Assembly: GCA_041547605.1 (NCBI GenBank)
Contig: JBFEUB010000001.1
Coordinates: 1-46,848, forward strand
DNA length: 46,848 bases
Reading direction: 5' to 3'
Source: Desulfobacteria bacterium
GTDB taxonomy: Bacteria > Desulfobacterota > Desulfobacteria > Desulfobacterales > C00003060
The position numbers and the translations under genes are program-made. Shown here piece after piece: positions 37,071 to 46,075 of this stretch (the first letter of the stretch is position 1; each line of letters opens with the position of its first letter). The notes beneath the pieces were generated by a model. That model was given only the letters and a program-made list of their open reading frames with translations. It was not told the DNA's origin and searched no databases.

Positions 37071-38144
37071 TCACTTAGCAAGATTATACCGATACATCAG
37101 TTTCGAGATGACGCCTGCAATTTCATGCGGGGTAGAAACGACCCCTCCAGGCCTCCCATGAAAATGCACTGCAGCTGTCTCGCCCACGCTGACTTTCACA
37201 TCTTCCACCATTTGCCCAAAGTTCATCTCAAATACAAGGAGGTGCTTAATCGTACGTGTCAGGGCCCAGAGCGCCTTTGCCGGAAAGGGCCATAAGGTAA
37301 TGGGCCGAAAGAGGCCTGCCCTCAAACCCGATTCCCGCAAACGCTTTACAGCACCTTTGGCAATGCGGGCTGCTGTTCCAAAAGCGACCACGCCAACAAC
37401 AGCATCATCGAGAAGATACGACTCGTGCTCGGGCTCGCGCTCGCGTATAGCATCATATTTTCTGGATAGTTTCCAGTTGAATTGCTCCATCTCAACGGGG
37501 TCCAAATGCAGGGAAGCAACAAGCCGGCTGTCTCGACCCCTTGCACCGTCAAGTGCCCAGTCCTTGTGCGGCAGCGTGGTGAGGTCAATCGGATCTGGAA
37601 AGATCACAGGCTCCATCATCTGGCCCATCAAACCATCGCCCAGCAAGATGACAGGGGTGCGGTAGGCATCAGCCAAGTCAAAGGCTTTCATCGTGAGCGT
37701 GACCAGTTCTTGGCCCGAGTGAGGAGCAAGCACTATGCTGTGATACCCTCCGTGTCCCCCGCCTTTTGTGGCTTGAAAATAGTCTTGCTGGGTGGGAGCA
37801 ATGTTTCCAAGACCGGGGCCTCCTCGCATGATATTAACGACTACTGCAGGTAGTTCCATACCAGCTATGTAGGATATCCCTTCCTGCTTCAGGCTGATCC
37901 CAGGGCTGGAAGACGACGTCATAGCCCGGATCCCTGCCATGCTTGCGCCCATGACCATGTTAATCGCGGCCAGTTCGCTTTCGGCCTGCACAAAGGTCGC
38001 ATCTTCTATCTGGGCAAAGCGTCGCGACATGTATTCGGGAAGCTCGTTTTGCGGTGTGATAGGGTAGCCTGCATAAAAGCGACATCCAGCCCGTGTTGCC
38101 GCTTCAGCGATTACGTGACTCCCACACATCAACTGCTTAGCCAT
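37071..38144 (-). CDS. 2-oxoacid:ferredoxin oxidoreductase, alpha subunit
   Basis: AEAATRAGCRFYAGYPITP N-terminus. The start is set at the ATG at 38144, which overlaps the delta subunit stop (ATGGCTAA). The track ORF extends to 38192. Confidence 0.9.
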   Translation of the reverse strand: MAKQLMCGSHVIAEAATRAGCRFYAGYPITPQNELPEYMSRRFAQIEDATFVQAESELAAINMVMGASMAGIRAMTSSSSPGISLKQEGISYIAGMELPAVVVNIMRGGPGLGNIAPTQQDYFQATKGGGHGGYHSIVLAPHSGQELVTLTMKAFDLADAYRTPVILLGDGLMGQMMEPVIFPDPIDLTTLPHKDWALDGARGRDSRLVASLHLDPVEMEQFNWKLSRKYDAIREREPEHESYLLDDAVVGVVAFGTAARIAKGAVKRLRESGLRAGLFRPITLWPFPAKALWALTRTIKHLLVFEMNFGQMVEDVKVSVGETAAVHFHGRPGGVVSTPHEIAGVISKLMYRYNLAK

Positions 38145-38364
38145 GGAACACCTCAATAGCAATGTCGGGGCAAGTGATTGCACACAGGGCACATCCGGTA
38201 CATTTTCGGTTCTTGCTCTTTTCCCTTTCAGTGTACTCGGCAGGATGATAACCTTTGATGTTGAGCTTGTTGCTTATTCTGATCTGTCCCTTGGGGCAAG
38301 CCGCGATACACAGTCCGCACCCCTTGCATAGTTCTCTTTCAATCCTAATGAATCCCTTCTTCAA
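38137..38364 (-). CDS. 2-oxoacid:ferredoxin oxidoreductase, delta subunit (2x 4Fe-4S ferredoxin)
   Basis: It has two CxxCxxCxxxCP motifs (CKGCGLCIAACP, CTGCALCAITCP). The start is set at the TTG at 38364, preceded by AGGAGA, giving about 75 aa. The track ORF extends to 38469. Confidence 0.8.
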   Translation of the reverse strand: MKKGFIRIERELCKGCGLCIAACPKGQIRISNKLNIKGYHPAEYTEREKSKNRKCTGCALCAITCPDIAIEVFHG

Positions 38365-38609
38365 CTTCGATCTCCTATACAACGCTCTAATTGTTAAAAA
38401 ATACAGCCATTTGCATGGCTTGTCAAGGGCAATTTCTACTGCCACATCCCCCTTTGGTACTTCAAGCAATAGGCTTTCTTCCTGATCGCACCATACTTGA
38501 ACTAGGTTTAAAAACGTTCATGAGATCCGGGCCTTCCTTTCTCTTGACACTTCCGGGGCGAACCTGATAATTTTTGTAATAACATCAAATTGCTTAATCA
38601 TGTTTCATC

Positions 38610-39245
38610 GTGATACGCGCGAAAGTCCTTAATCTCGTGAAGTATTCATGCTCAGGGATTATCCTGTCCGGCGGCTTAAATACACGGATGGGAGGCAAGA
38701 ACAAGGCCTTTATGTCCGTGGGGGGTCAGAGGATCTTGGATCGCCTTTCCAAGACCTTTCACGGACTCTTCGACGAAGTTTTGCTGGTCACTAAAGACCC
38801 CCTTCAGTATCTCTCATGGGATTTGACGATCGTAAAGGATCTTTTCTCAATGCGCAGTTCTCTTACCGGCATCCATGCGGGGCTGTTTCATACCACAGCG
38901 CCCCATGCTTTTATTACGGCCTGTGACACGCCTTTCTTGAGATTGGAATTGATCAAGGCTCTTTTAGACGCGCTTGAACCAAGATGGGATGTGATTATGC
39001 CTGTCACGGAGCAAGGTAATCAGCCCTTGTGTGCCATTTACTCACGGCGTTGCATCAAACCGATTGAACGCCAGCTAAAGGACGGAGATCCTAAGATTGT
39101 AAACTTCTTTCCAAAGGTCAAGGTCAAAGAAATCCCGGAAATGCAACTCAGATCAGCAGACCCCCATCTCATTTCCTTTTTCAATATTAACACGCCAGAA
39201 GATTTGGTCGCCTCTGAGAAAAAGTTAATAGACGCGTTCTTATAA
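38610..39245 (+). CDS. mobA: Molybdenum cofactor guanylyltransferase
   Basis: GIILSGGLNTRMGGKNKAF nucleotide-binding motif and the MobA layout. The start codon is uncertain: GTG at 38610 or GTG at 38637. Confidence 0.85.
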   Translation: MIRAKVLNLVKYSCSGIILSGGLNTRMGGKNKAFMSVGGQRILDRLSKTFHGLFDEVLLVTKDPLQYLSWDLTIVKDLFSMRSSLTGIHAGLFHTTAPHAFITACDTPFLRLELIKALLDALEPRWDVIMPVTEQGNQPLCAIYSRRCIKPIERQLKDGDPKIVNFFPKVKVKEIPEMQLRSADPHLISFFNINTPEDLVASEKKLIDAFL

Positions 39246-39737
39246 TCCTGTCAAGAATCCTTGTTCAAGAAAGTCAGCCAAACCCTTTACGTCGTTCAGC
39301 TCGAATTGAGGCACGTCCAGGTTAAAGCTGGTATTAGACACAACCGCTATAAGGTGCTCGTCTTCCTTGCATAGGAGGGTGTCATGGACGGGGCTCCGAA
39401 AGACCTCAACCTTGGGTTTGTCTTCTTTCTTGTATCCCTCGGTTAAGATGATGTCCACATCCTGAAAGTATTTTGATGCAAGGCCATCAAGGGTTTCTTC
39501 AGTCTCAACATCCTTGATAATGGCTACCTTCTTGGGCGATGAGATAGCCACTGTGCTGGCCCCAGCCCGTTTGTGGCGCCAGCTATCTTTTCCTTCATGG
39601 TCTACCTCAAAGCCGTGGGCATCGTGTTTGACCGTGCCGATGCGATAGCCTCTTTTCTTCAGTTCACGTACAAGCTTTTCCAAAAGCATCGTTTTTCCGG
39701 CGTCTGACCCACCTACAATCGATACAATCGGCGGCAT
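39240..39737 (-). CDS. mobB: Molybdopterin-guanine dinucleotide biosynthesis adaptor protein
   Basis: P-loop IVSIVGGSDAGKT and KHDAHGFEVD motifs. The start is set at the ATG at 39737 after GAGGAG. The track ORF extends 180 nt further upstream with no homology-like sequence. Confidence 0.85.
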   Translation of the reverse strand: MPPIVSIVGGSDAGKTMLLEKLVRELKKRGYRIGTVKHDAHGFEVDHEGKDSWRHKRAGASTVAISSPKKVAIIKDVETEETLDGLASKYFQDVDIILTEGYKKEDKPKVEVFRSPVHDTLLCKEDEHLIAVVSNTSFNLDVPQFELNDVKGLADFLEQGFLTGL

Positions 39738-39958
39738 GGTACCATAACTCCTCGGAAGTAGTTGGTGTATAGTGGCACGCGTTTCTTCTGTCTTGGAATG
39801 GGGATTCATCCAGAACAGAATCGGGCCCGCCTCGGACCGTGTCACGCTATGACCATCACCTGCCCTTGTCAAGCTGAAATATGCCAACTGAGGCTTAATT
39901 GATTGTTCGGAGGCCAACCCCGGTCTTCGCGCGAGCGCCCAAACTCAGAAGCGGGAAC

Positions 39959-40045
39959 TGACGTTCCTCTTTATTTCACGGTCTCCGGCTGCCTGATAAG
40001 ACCCGTTGGCTATACGGGTAGTCGATTACTCGGGGGTAGAAAGAA
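39959..40045 (+). repeat. Family-3 short repeat, copy 2
   Basis: GGGAACTGACGTTCCTCTTTATTTCACGGTCTCC... lies in the mobB/moaE-like divergent intergenic region. The hairpin ACCCGT-TGGCTAT-ACGGGT corresponds to the CTGCCCGC/GCGGGCAG hairpin of copy 1. Confidence 0.7.
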
Positions 40046-40120
40046 TTGGGATTGACTTTTTAACTATTTACATATATTCAGTTTTTCTGTAATCAGTCGT
40101 TGTTAAAGGGGGCAAATCAC

Positions 40121-40477
40121 ATGGGACTTACTACCCTGATCGAAACGTTAAAATCCCACCCGGATTACACCCAGGTCGGAATGATCCTCTGCCATAATGG
40201 GATAGTGCGAGGGACCTCCCGCGACGGCCGCCCCGTATCGGGCCTGACTCTCGCGGTTGATCATGAGGCCTTAGATGCCATTCTTTCTGAACAAAGACAG
40301 CGGTCTGGCATTGTGGAGATATTGGTGGAGATTCGTGAGGGGCCGCTTCAGGTCGGGGATGACGTCATGTTTATTGTTGTGGCCGGCGACTTGCGAGACC
40401 ATGTCATTCCCGTGCTTGAAGATACTCTGAACGCCATCAAGAAACGGGTCACCCACAAGGTGGAACACTTTGTGTAA
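40121..40477 (+). CDS. MoaE-like molybdopterin synthase catalytic subunit family protein
   Basis: 118 aa from the ATG at 40121 after AAAGGGGG. The pattern G.ILCHNGIVRG...V.GLTL...VGDDVMFIVVAG...IKKRVTHKVEHF parallels the MoaE layout. The call is moderate because the usual HR residues are not obvious. Confidence 0.55.
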   Translation: MGLTTLIETLKSHPDYTQVGMILCHNGIVRGTSRDGRPVSGLTLAVDHEALDAILSEQRQRSGIVEILVEIREGPLQVGDDVMFIVVAGDLRDHVIPVLEDTLNAIKKRVTHKVEHFV

Positions 40478-40636
40478 AAGGGGGCACTTACGATTGCGTG
40501 CAGCGCTATGGGCTTAGCAAGAGCCGAACGCCCTGGACTCGCACCAATCCATTTTTCTAAAGGCCGATAGAAATTCCGGGATACACAACGATGCTCTCAT
40601 CAATTATTTAGACCAACTCAAACTGTCATTGGAGGG

Positions 40637-41125
40637 TTGCCTATGCCAACATTGACCCATCTTGATGAGCAAGGGAGAGTTCGCATGGTCGATGTGTCCG
40701 GGAAGTCCGCTACAGCCCGGGAGGCCGTGGCCCAGGGGGTCATCACCATGCGGCCGGAGACCTTTGCCCTGATCAGGGAGCAAAAGGTGAAAAAGGGAAA
40801 TGTCCTGGAGACCGCACGCATTGCAGGCATCATGGCCGCAAAAAGGACTGCAGAACTCATACCCATGTGTCACCCCCTTTCCATAACCCACGTGAAGATC
40901 GATTTTTTTCCGGATTCCGACGCTCACAGTATCCAGATAGAAGCCGTCGTGCGCATCGTGGGCCAGACCGGCGTGGAAATGGAGGCCCTGACAGCCGTGT
41001 CGATCGCTGCCTTGACTATCTACGACATGTGCAAGTCATACGATCGGGCGATGACCATCTCTGATATTTACTTACTGAAGAAGTCTGGGGGGAAAAGCGG
41101 TACCTTTGAGAGGCCATCAACATGA
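40637..41125 (+). CDS. moaC: Cyclic pyranopterin monophosphate synthase accessory protein
   Basis: 162 aa with [43 protein letters not shown] and [22 protein letters not shown]. Confidence 0.9.
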   Translation: MPMPTLTHLDEQGRVRMVDVSGKSATAREAVAQGVITMRPETFALIREQKVKKGNVLETARIAGIMAAKRTAELIPMCHPLSITHVKIDFFPDSDAHSIQIEAVVRIVGQTGVEMEALTAVSIAALTIYDMCKSYDRAMTISDIYLLKKSGGKSGTFERPST

Positions 41126-41907
41126 AAGAAGCCGCCACTTATGGTGTTTTGGAATTCAGCGAAGGACATTTCCAAAAGACTGAAGTCACTGCTATACAGG
41201 AAGTTCCCTTGACTATCTGCCTGAATGGTCGTGAGGTCGTCACTTTGCTGTGTATGGGAAAGGCTCCCAGGTTCTTGGCAGTGGGATTTTTGAAATCCGA
41301 TGGACTCATAACAGATTTGAGGCAACTGGAGGATGTTCAGGTTGAAGAGAAGCCGGAACGGATTGTCGTCCGTGTTCAGACATCACATGATCCGTTCCAG
41401 CGCCAAAGGTTGGAGCGCTCCATTACATCTGGGTGCGGGAAGGGCACAAGTTTTACGCGTAACGTAGAAACCGTTGCCTCGACAACCGTTACGATAAAGC
41501 TGACTGTGACACCGGAGCAGATCTTACGGCTGGCGGACGAACTCGAAGGACGTTCGGCGCTCTATAGGGTTACGGGGGGCTGCCACAATGCCTCGCTTGC
41601 CACACCAGAGGGGATTCTCATCTTCCGGGAAGACATAGGCCGACATAATGCTATTGACATGATTTGCGGCGAGTGCTTGTTGGAAGACATTCCCACGGAG
41701 GACAAGCTCATCGTCTCGACCGGTCGCATAGCCTCGGAGATCCTCTTAAAGGTTATGCGGATGGGGGTTCCTATCCTTGTATCCCGCTCGGCTGCGACGC
41801 GATTCTCTATCGACTTGGCTCAAAGAACGAATATGACGCTCATCGGATGGGCGCGACAAGGCCGGATGGTGATCTATAATCATGGTGGGAGAATAGTTGG
41901 GTTGTGA
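41122..41907 (+). CDS. fdhD: Formate dehydrogenase accessory sulfurtransferase
   Basis: 261 aa with [27 protein letters not shown] and SRSAAT motifs. Confidence 0.85.
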   Translation: MKEAATYGVLEFSEGHFQKTEVTAIQEVPLTICLNGREVVTLLCMGKAPRFLAVGFLKSDGLITDLRQLEDVQVEEKPERIVVRVQTSHDPFQRQRLERSITSGCGKGTSFTRNVETVASTTVTIKLTVTPEQILRLADELEGRSALYRVTGGCHNASLATPEGILIFREDIGRHNAIDMICGECLLEDIPTEDKLIVSTGRIASEILLKVMRMGVPILVSRSAATRFSIDLAQRTNMTLIGWARQGRMVIYNHGGRIVGL

Positions 41908-43142
41908 CTGACAAGGAGTTTTTCAAAGTCACTTCACTGGAGACTGCCCTAGAACTCGCTCGGATCTTTCCACGCCTTGCCGAGGAGAGCCTCCCGTTAG
42001 ACCAATGTGTGGGCCGTATTCTATCCCGAGATATTGTCTCCCCGATCAATCTTCCGGAATTCAACCGTGCGACCATGGATGGCTATGCAGTCCAGGCGCG
42101 TTCGACCTTTGGTGCTTCAGATAGTATGCCGGCCCTCTTTAGAATCGTCGGGGCTGTCGAGATGGGAGAGGTCCCCACGGTATCGGTCCAGCCCGGCGAA
42201 GCTGTTCGGATCGCTACCGGTGGCATGCTCCCCGACGGGGCTGACAGCGTGGTCATGATAGAACATACCCAGGCCCTCGATGAGCACACTCTTGAGGTCT
42301 TTAAGAGTGCTGCCCCTCTACAGCATGTCATAGAGATTGGCGAAGACTTCGGCACGGAGGAACAAATCCTTGCCAAAGGAAGCCGCATACGTCCTCAGGA
42401 AATGGGTGTTCTGGCGGCCCTCGGTCAGACCCGCGTTGCGGTTTATAAGCAGCCGACCGTGGCCATCATCTCCTCGGGTGACGAGATTGTGCCAATTGAC
42501 CAAACTCCAAGCCTTTCCCAGCTGCGCGATGTCAATGCACATACCCTATCTGGCCTTATCAGGCTGTCGGGCGGGATTCCACGTTATCTCGGGATTGCCA
42601 GGGACAACTTTGATGAGCTGTACGACTTTTGTAAGGATGCCCTTGCTCAAGCAGACATGGTTTTGATCTCGGGCGGCAGTTCGGTGGGCTCTCGGGATTT
42701 TACCATAAACGTCATTGAAGCGCTGCCCGAGGCCGAGATCTTGGTTCATGGGGTTTCAATCAGCCCCGGAAAGCCCACCATTTTGGCTTCGAGCGAGCAG
42801 AAGCCCATCTGGGGTCTTCCTGGGCAGGTCACGTCGACCATGGTCGTTTTTCACGTGTTGGTTCGCCCTGTGCTTGAAAAGATGGGCGGGCTTGCAGAAG
42901 ATCGGCCAGCTGGAGAACATGAAGTCTCTGCTGTATTGAGCCGGAACCTGGCATCCGTTCAGGGACGAGAGGATTACGTGCGTGTGAGGCTTGTACGGCA
43001 GGAGAATCAGATCTTTGCCGAGCCAATTTTGGGCAAATCTGGTCTGATCCACACAATGGTTAAGGCTGACGGACTTATCAAAATCGACATGAATTCAGAA
43101 GGGCTGGACAAGGGAACCCGCGTAAGGGTTGTTTTGTTTTAA
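41904..43142 (+). CDS. moeA: Molybdopterin molybdenumtransferase
   Basis: 412 aa with NRATMDGYAV, IATGGMLP.GADSVV, ISGGSSVGSRD and PGKP motifs. Confidence 0.9.
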   Translation: MTDKEFFKVTSLETALELARIFPRLAEESLPLDQCVGRILSRDIVSPINLPEFNRATMDGYAVQARSTFGASDSMPALFRIVGAVEMGEVPTVSVQPGEAVRIATGGMLPDGADSVVMIEHTQALDEHTLEVFKSAAPLQHVIEIGEDFGTEEQILAKGSRIRPQEMGVLAALGQTRVAVYKQPTVAIISSGDEIVPIDQTPSLSQLRDVNAHTLSGLIRLSGGIPRYLGIARDNFDELYDFCKDALAQADMVLISGGSSVGSRDFTINVIEALPEAEILVHGVSISPGKPTILASSEQKPIWGLPGQVTSTMVVFHVLVRPVLEKMGGLAEDRPAGEHEVSAVLSRNLASVQGREDYVRVRLVRQENQIFAEPILGKSGLIHTMVKADGLIKIDMNSEGLDKGTRVRVVLF

Positions 43143-43183
43143 GCATTTGCGTGGCAAGTCTGTGAGCGCAGGTCTCCGCGATT

Positions 43184-44686
43184 TTACAGTCTTTCCAGTA
43201 ACCTTTCGTGAATGTTGTCAAACCCCCCATTGGACATGATCAGGATCACATCCTCAGGCTGCGCAACATGCGCGATATGCTCAATAATGGCATCCGTATT
43301 CGGGAAATAGAACGCTCTCTTGCCACGGTTGACCAGGTCCGTGGTCAACTGCTCAGAGGAAAACCTATCCTCAGCCGGTATCTTGTGCAGCATAGGCGGC
43401 TTGCGAATGCAAATCAGGTCCGCATCATCAAAGGAATTCGGATAGGCTGTCTGAAAAACCTTGCGCATGCTCGAATTTGTTCTTGGTTCAAAGACTGCAA
43501 CAATCCTCCTGTTTGCATAAAAGGCACGGACTGCGGCAAGGGTTTCTCGGACCTCCGTTGGATGATGTGCAAAGTCGTCTATAACTGTAATGCCTCGCTT
43601 GATTCCCCGAAGCTCCTGGCGACGTTTGATCCCTTCAAACGTCTTGAGTGCCTCTGAGACGAAGTCTTTGGGTATCCGCAAATCATGTGCCACTGCAATG
43701 ACGGACAGTGCATTTAAGGCATTATGGCGCCCCATAAGAGGGGTCTTGAAAGTGCCAAATGGCTCCCCTCGTGCGGTAACTTCAAGATGGGTCCAGGGTG
43801 GATCAGGGCGCACATTTTCAAGACGCCATGGTGACCTTTTCTCAAAGCCGTAACTGGTGGTCCAGCAAGGAGCCTGAGCCGCGAGCTCTTGTACGGTAGG
43901 GGAGCCGTCGCAGGCTATCAAAAGGGCCTCTTCGGGCATCGTTGTGATAAAATCGTGAAACGCCTTTTTGACATGGTCTAGATCGCGGTAGATGTCAGCA
44001 TGGTCAAATTCCACGCCGGTCAAGATTGCGCGGGACGGGGTATAGTGAAGGAACTTAGGCCCCTTGTCAAAGAAGGCCGTGTCATATTCATCTCCCTCCA
44101 CCACAAAGTAAGGCCCGGTGCCAATATTATAGTTGCGGTCAAAGTTCTTCAGGATGCCTCCCACCATAAAACCAGGATCAAGGCCCGCTGTTGATAGAAC
44201 CCATGATAGAAGGGCTGCGGTGGTGGTTTTGCCATGGGTGCCTGCAACGGTGAGGGTTGCCTTCCCGTGCATGAAGAACCAATTTAGGGCTTGGGGAAGA
44301 GAGCAAAAAGGAAGCGCCATTTCAAACATGCGGACGACCTCTGGGTTGTCCTTTGAGACGGCATTGCCGACCACCACGAGATGCGGCTGATGAGCCAGGT
44401 TTTCTGGCCGGAATCCTTTGGCCACCTGGATTCCGCGTTCAGCAAGGAAGGTGCTCATCGGAGGATAGACGTGGTGATCGGAGCCGGTTACTTCAAATCC
44501 ACCCTCTTTCAGCATGCCGGCCAGGGCCCCCATTCCAGTGCCGCAAATGGCAATGAGATGAATACGTTTGACCTTTTCTGGAATTTGATTTTGCTTCAGA
44601 TTCAACGGTCTTGATTCTTTCTCTTTATGTTGAGACAGGCAAGGACTGCTTGGCTTATACCTCAAAGCGCTCCCTCCGTCCACCAT
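43184..44686 (-). CDS. mpl: UDP-N-acetylmuramate:L-alanyl-gamma-D-glutamyl-meso-diaminopimelate ligase (Mur ligase family)
   Basis: IHLIAICGTGMGALAGML, the P-loop GTHGKTTT and DEYDTAFFDK motifs. The real start is probably downstream of 44686, possibly the TTG at 44605, because the first roughly 27 residues look non-homologous. Confidence 0.8.
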   Translation of the reverse strand: MVDGGSALRYKPSSPCLSQHKEKESRPLNLKQNQIPEKVKRIHLIAICGTGMGALAGMLKEGGFEVTGSDHHVYPPMSTFLAERGIQVAKGFRPENLAHQPHLVVVGNAVSKDNPEVVRMFEMALPFCSLPQALNWFFMHGKATLTVAGTHGKTTTAALLSWVLSTAGLDPGFMVGGILKNFDRNYNIGTGPYFVVEGDEYDTAFFDKGPKFLHYTPSRAILTGVEFDHADIYRDLDHVKKAFHDFITTMPEEALLIACDGSPTVQELAAQAPCWTTSYGFEKRSPWRLENVRPDPPWTHLEVTARGEPFGTFKTPLMGRHNALNALSVIAVAHDLRIPKDFVSEALKTFEGIKRRQELRGIKRGITVIDDFAHHPTEVRETLAAVRAFYANRRIVAVFEPRTNSSMRKVFQTAYPNSFDDADLICIRKPPMLHKIPAEDRFSSEQLTTDLVNRGKRAFYFPNTDAIIEHIAHVAQPEDVILIMSNGGFDNIHERLLERL

Positions 44687-44723
44687 ATAGCGTCACAGTG
44701 CATGTGAAGGGTCACAGATCATC

Positions 44724-45153
44724 GGGTTGTTGCCCAAACCGTTCTCTTGAACTGCAACAGCGAGCGCATTCCCTGTAGCTCGCCACAGGGTTAGCGAGCG
44801 AATCTAAAAATGGTACCCTTCCTTACAGTCGGAGATTCCCTGCAGCTTGTTGCAGGGAGCTTCAATATGTTGCTTCTGTTACGCAGCTTAGTTACCGCCA
44901 GGGGGACATCTTTTTTGAGGTCGGGTCACTGATATGGCCGAACAGGTCCGTCAACGGCACCATGTTCCACATACGGTCCTGAAGCATTTACAATAGGCTT
45001 CTCGGCTTGTATGCAACGTTTGCGTGTGCCTGGCTTGTGAAGTTCGATACCATTTGCCACTGACGAGCAGGATGAGGATTGACCCGCCTCAAAAAGGATA
45101 TCCCCCTGGGGGTTCCGTGAATGTTGTCTGGACAGCTATTTAGGCAACAGCCC
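44724..45153 (-). repeat. Family-1 nested-palindrome repeat, copy 3 (reverse complement of copy 1) with an extra insertion of about 115 bp in arm B
   Basis: Arm B (rc) starts with GGGTTGTTGCCCAAACCGTTCTCTTGAA at 44724. Foreign sequence occupies about 44751-44865. The core runs 44895-45112. Arm A (rc) ends in ...GACAGCTATTTAGGCAACAGCCC at 45153. Confidence 0.9.
44987..45015 (+). promoter_or_regulatory. Candidate sigma70-type promoter inside the family-1 core, firing toward the CheR-like gene
   Basis: TTTACA (44987-44992), a 17 nt spacer, then TATGCA (45010-45015). Confidence 0.45.
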
Positions 45154-45269
45154 GTCATTGTGCTACCAGTAATGTGTTATTCTTGTCCATTCTTTTATTT
45201 GAGACATGCGTTTGCTATGATCATTCATGTCATTGGCAAGCTCTTTTGCAATTCAGGGGCTCCTATCTT

Positions 45270-46067
45270 ATGGATGATAATCAGTTTCGTCAACTTCTTG
45301 GTCGGTTCGGCTACTCCTGGGATGGTTACCGCAAGGTGAGAAAAGGAGTCAAGAAACGAATATCTTGCCATATGCACCAGATGGGTTGCCGAACGATGCA
45401 AGCGTACTTCTTGGAGCTGGATAAAAACAAAGATGCGAGGCTGCATTTTGAATACCTTATGACGGTTTCCATCAGTCGTTTTTTTCGTGACAGAGGCCTT
45501 TGGCAAATTCTAGAAGACAAAGTATTGCCCACGATCATCGAAAAGAATATGGATACGGTGAAGGTCTGGTCAGCCGGTTGTGGCTGTGGAGAAGAGGTAT
45601 ACAGTTTAAAGATCTTGTGGGAGACTGCAGGCCGACATTTTGAGCTTCTGCCCGGGCTTGAAATATGGGCTACTGACATGAATCCCGTCTATCTCAACAA
45701 AGCCCGGGCCGGTATCTATCCGCGGAGCAGCCTGAAAGAGGTGTCGGAGGCGTTGCGAGCCTGCTATTTCAGGCCTGGGGCAAAAGAAAAGCGTTATACG
45801 GTAACGGAGCCGTTAAAGCAGGGAATCGTGTGGCTGAATCACAACCTATTGTTTGATCGTCCAAGGACTAAGTTTCAACTCGTCTTCTTAAGAAACAGTG
45901 TGTTGACTTATTATGAAGACACACTTAAAGCGACTGCTTTTCAGAAGGTATTCGACGGTCTAGCCGAAGGCGGATTTCTGATTATTGGGGCCCACGAGAG
46001 AATCCCACCAGGCGTACGAGGGCTTTCACCCCAGCATCCATACATTTTTCGAAGAGAGACTGCATAA
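45270..46067 (+). CDS. CheR-type SAM-dependent methyltransferase
   Basis: FFRDRGLW and the SAM-binding VWSAGCGCGEEVYSL are typical of CheR-family methyltransferases. The start is set at the ATG at 45270 (MDDNQF). The track ORF begins at a GTG at 45174, next to the repeat. Confidence 0.75.
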   Translation: MDDNQFRQLLGRFGYSWDGYRKVRKGVKKRISCHMHQMGCRTMQAYFLELDKNKDARLHFEYLMTVSISRFFRDRGLWQILEDKVLPTIIEKNMDTVKVWSAGCGCGEEVYSLKILWETAGRHFELLPGLEIWATDMNPVYLNKARAGIYPRSSLKEVSEALRACYFRPGAKEKRYTVTEPLKQGIVWLNHNLLFDRPRTKFQLVFLRNSVLTYYEDTLKATAFQKVFDGLAEGGFLIIGAHERIPPGVRGLSPQHPYIFRRETA

Positions 46068-46075
46068 GACCTGAA

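Noticed and set aside
39738-39917. N-terminal extensions proposed by the ORF track for mobB (to 39917), korA (to 38192), korD (to 38469), HIBCH-like (from 8475), fabH (to 20442), the exported protein (to 17154) and CheR-like (from 45174).
   Set aside because: The extensions lack similarity to the respective families. Several run into repeats or the upstream gene, and internal starts with good Shine-Dalgarno sequences give family-typical lengths.
39738-40120. Possible Moco riboswitch upstream of the moaE-like gene.
   Set aside because: I could not recognise the conserved Moco motif core by eye. The only conserved block here is also found at 33199-33290, next to unrelated genes, which argues for a generic repeat. 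It is left as something to test with an Rfam covariance model rather than claimed.
44751-44865. CRISPR-like appearance of two similar palindromic units (ATTCCCTG...CAGGG).
   Set aside because: There are only two units, with unequal spacing and imperfect identity. They are embedded in a repeat arm, and no cas genes or further repeats are present. This is not an array.
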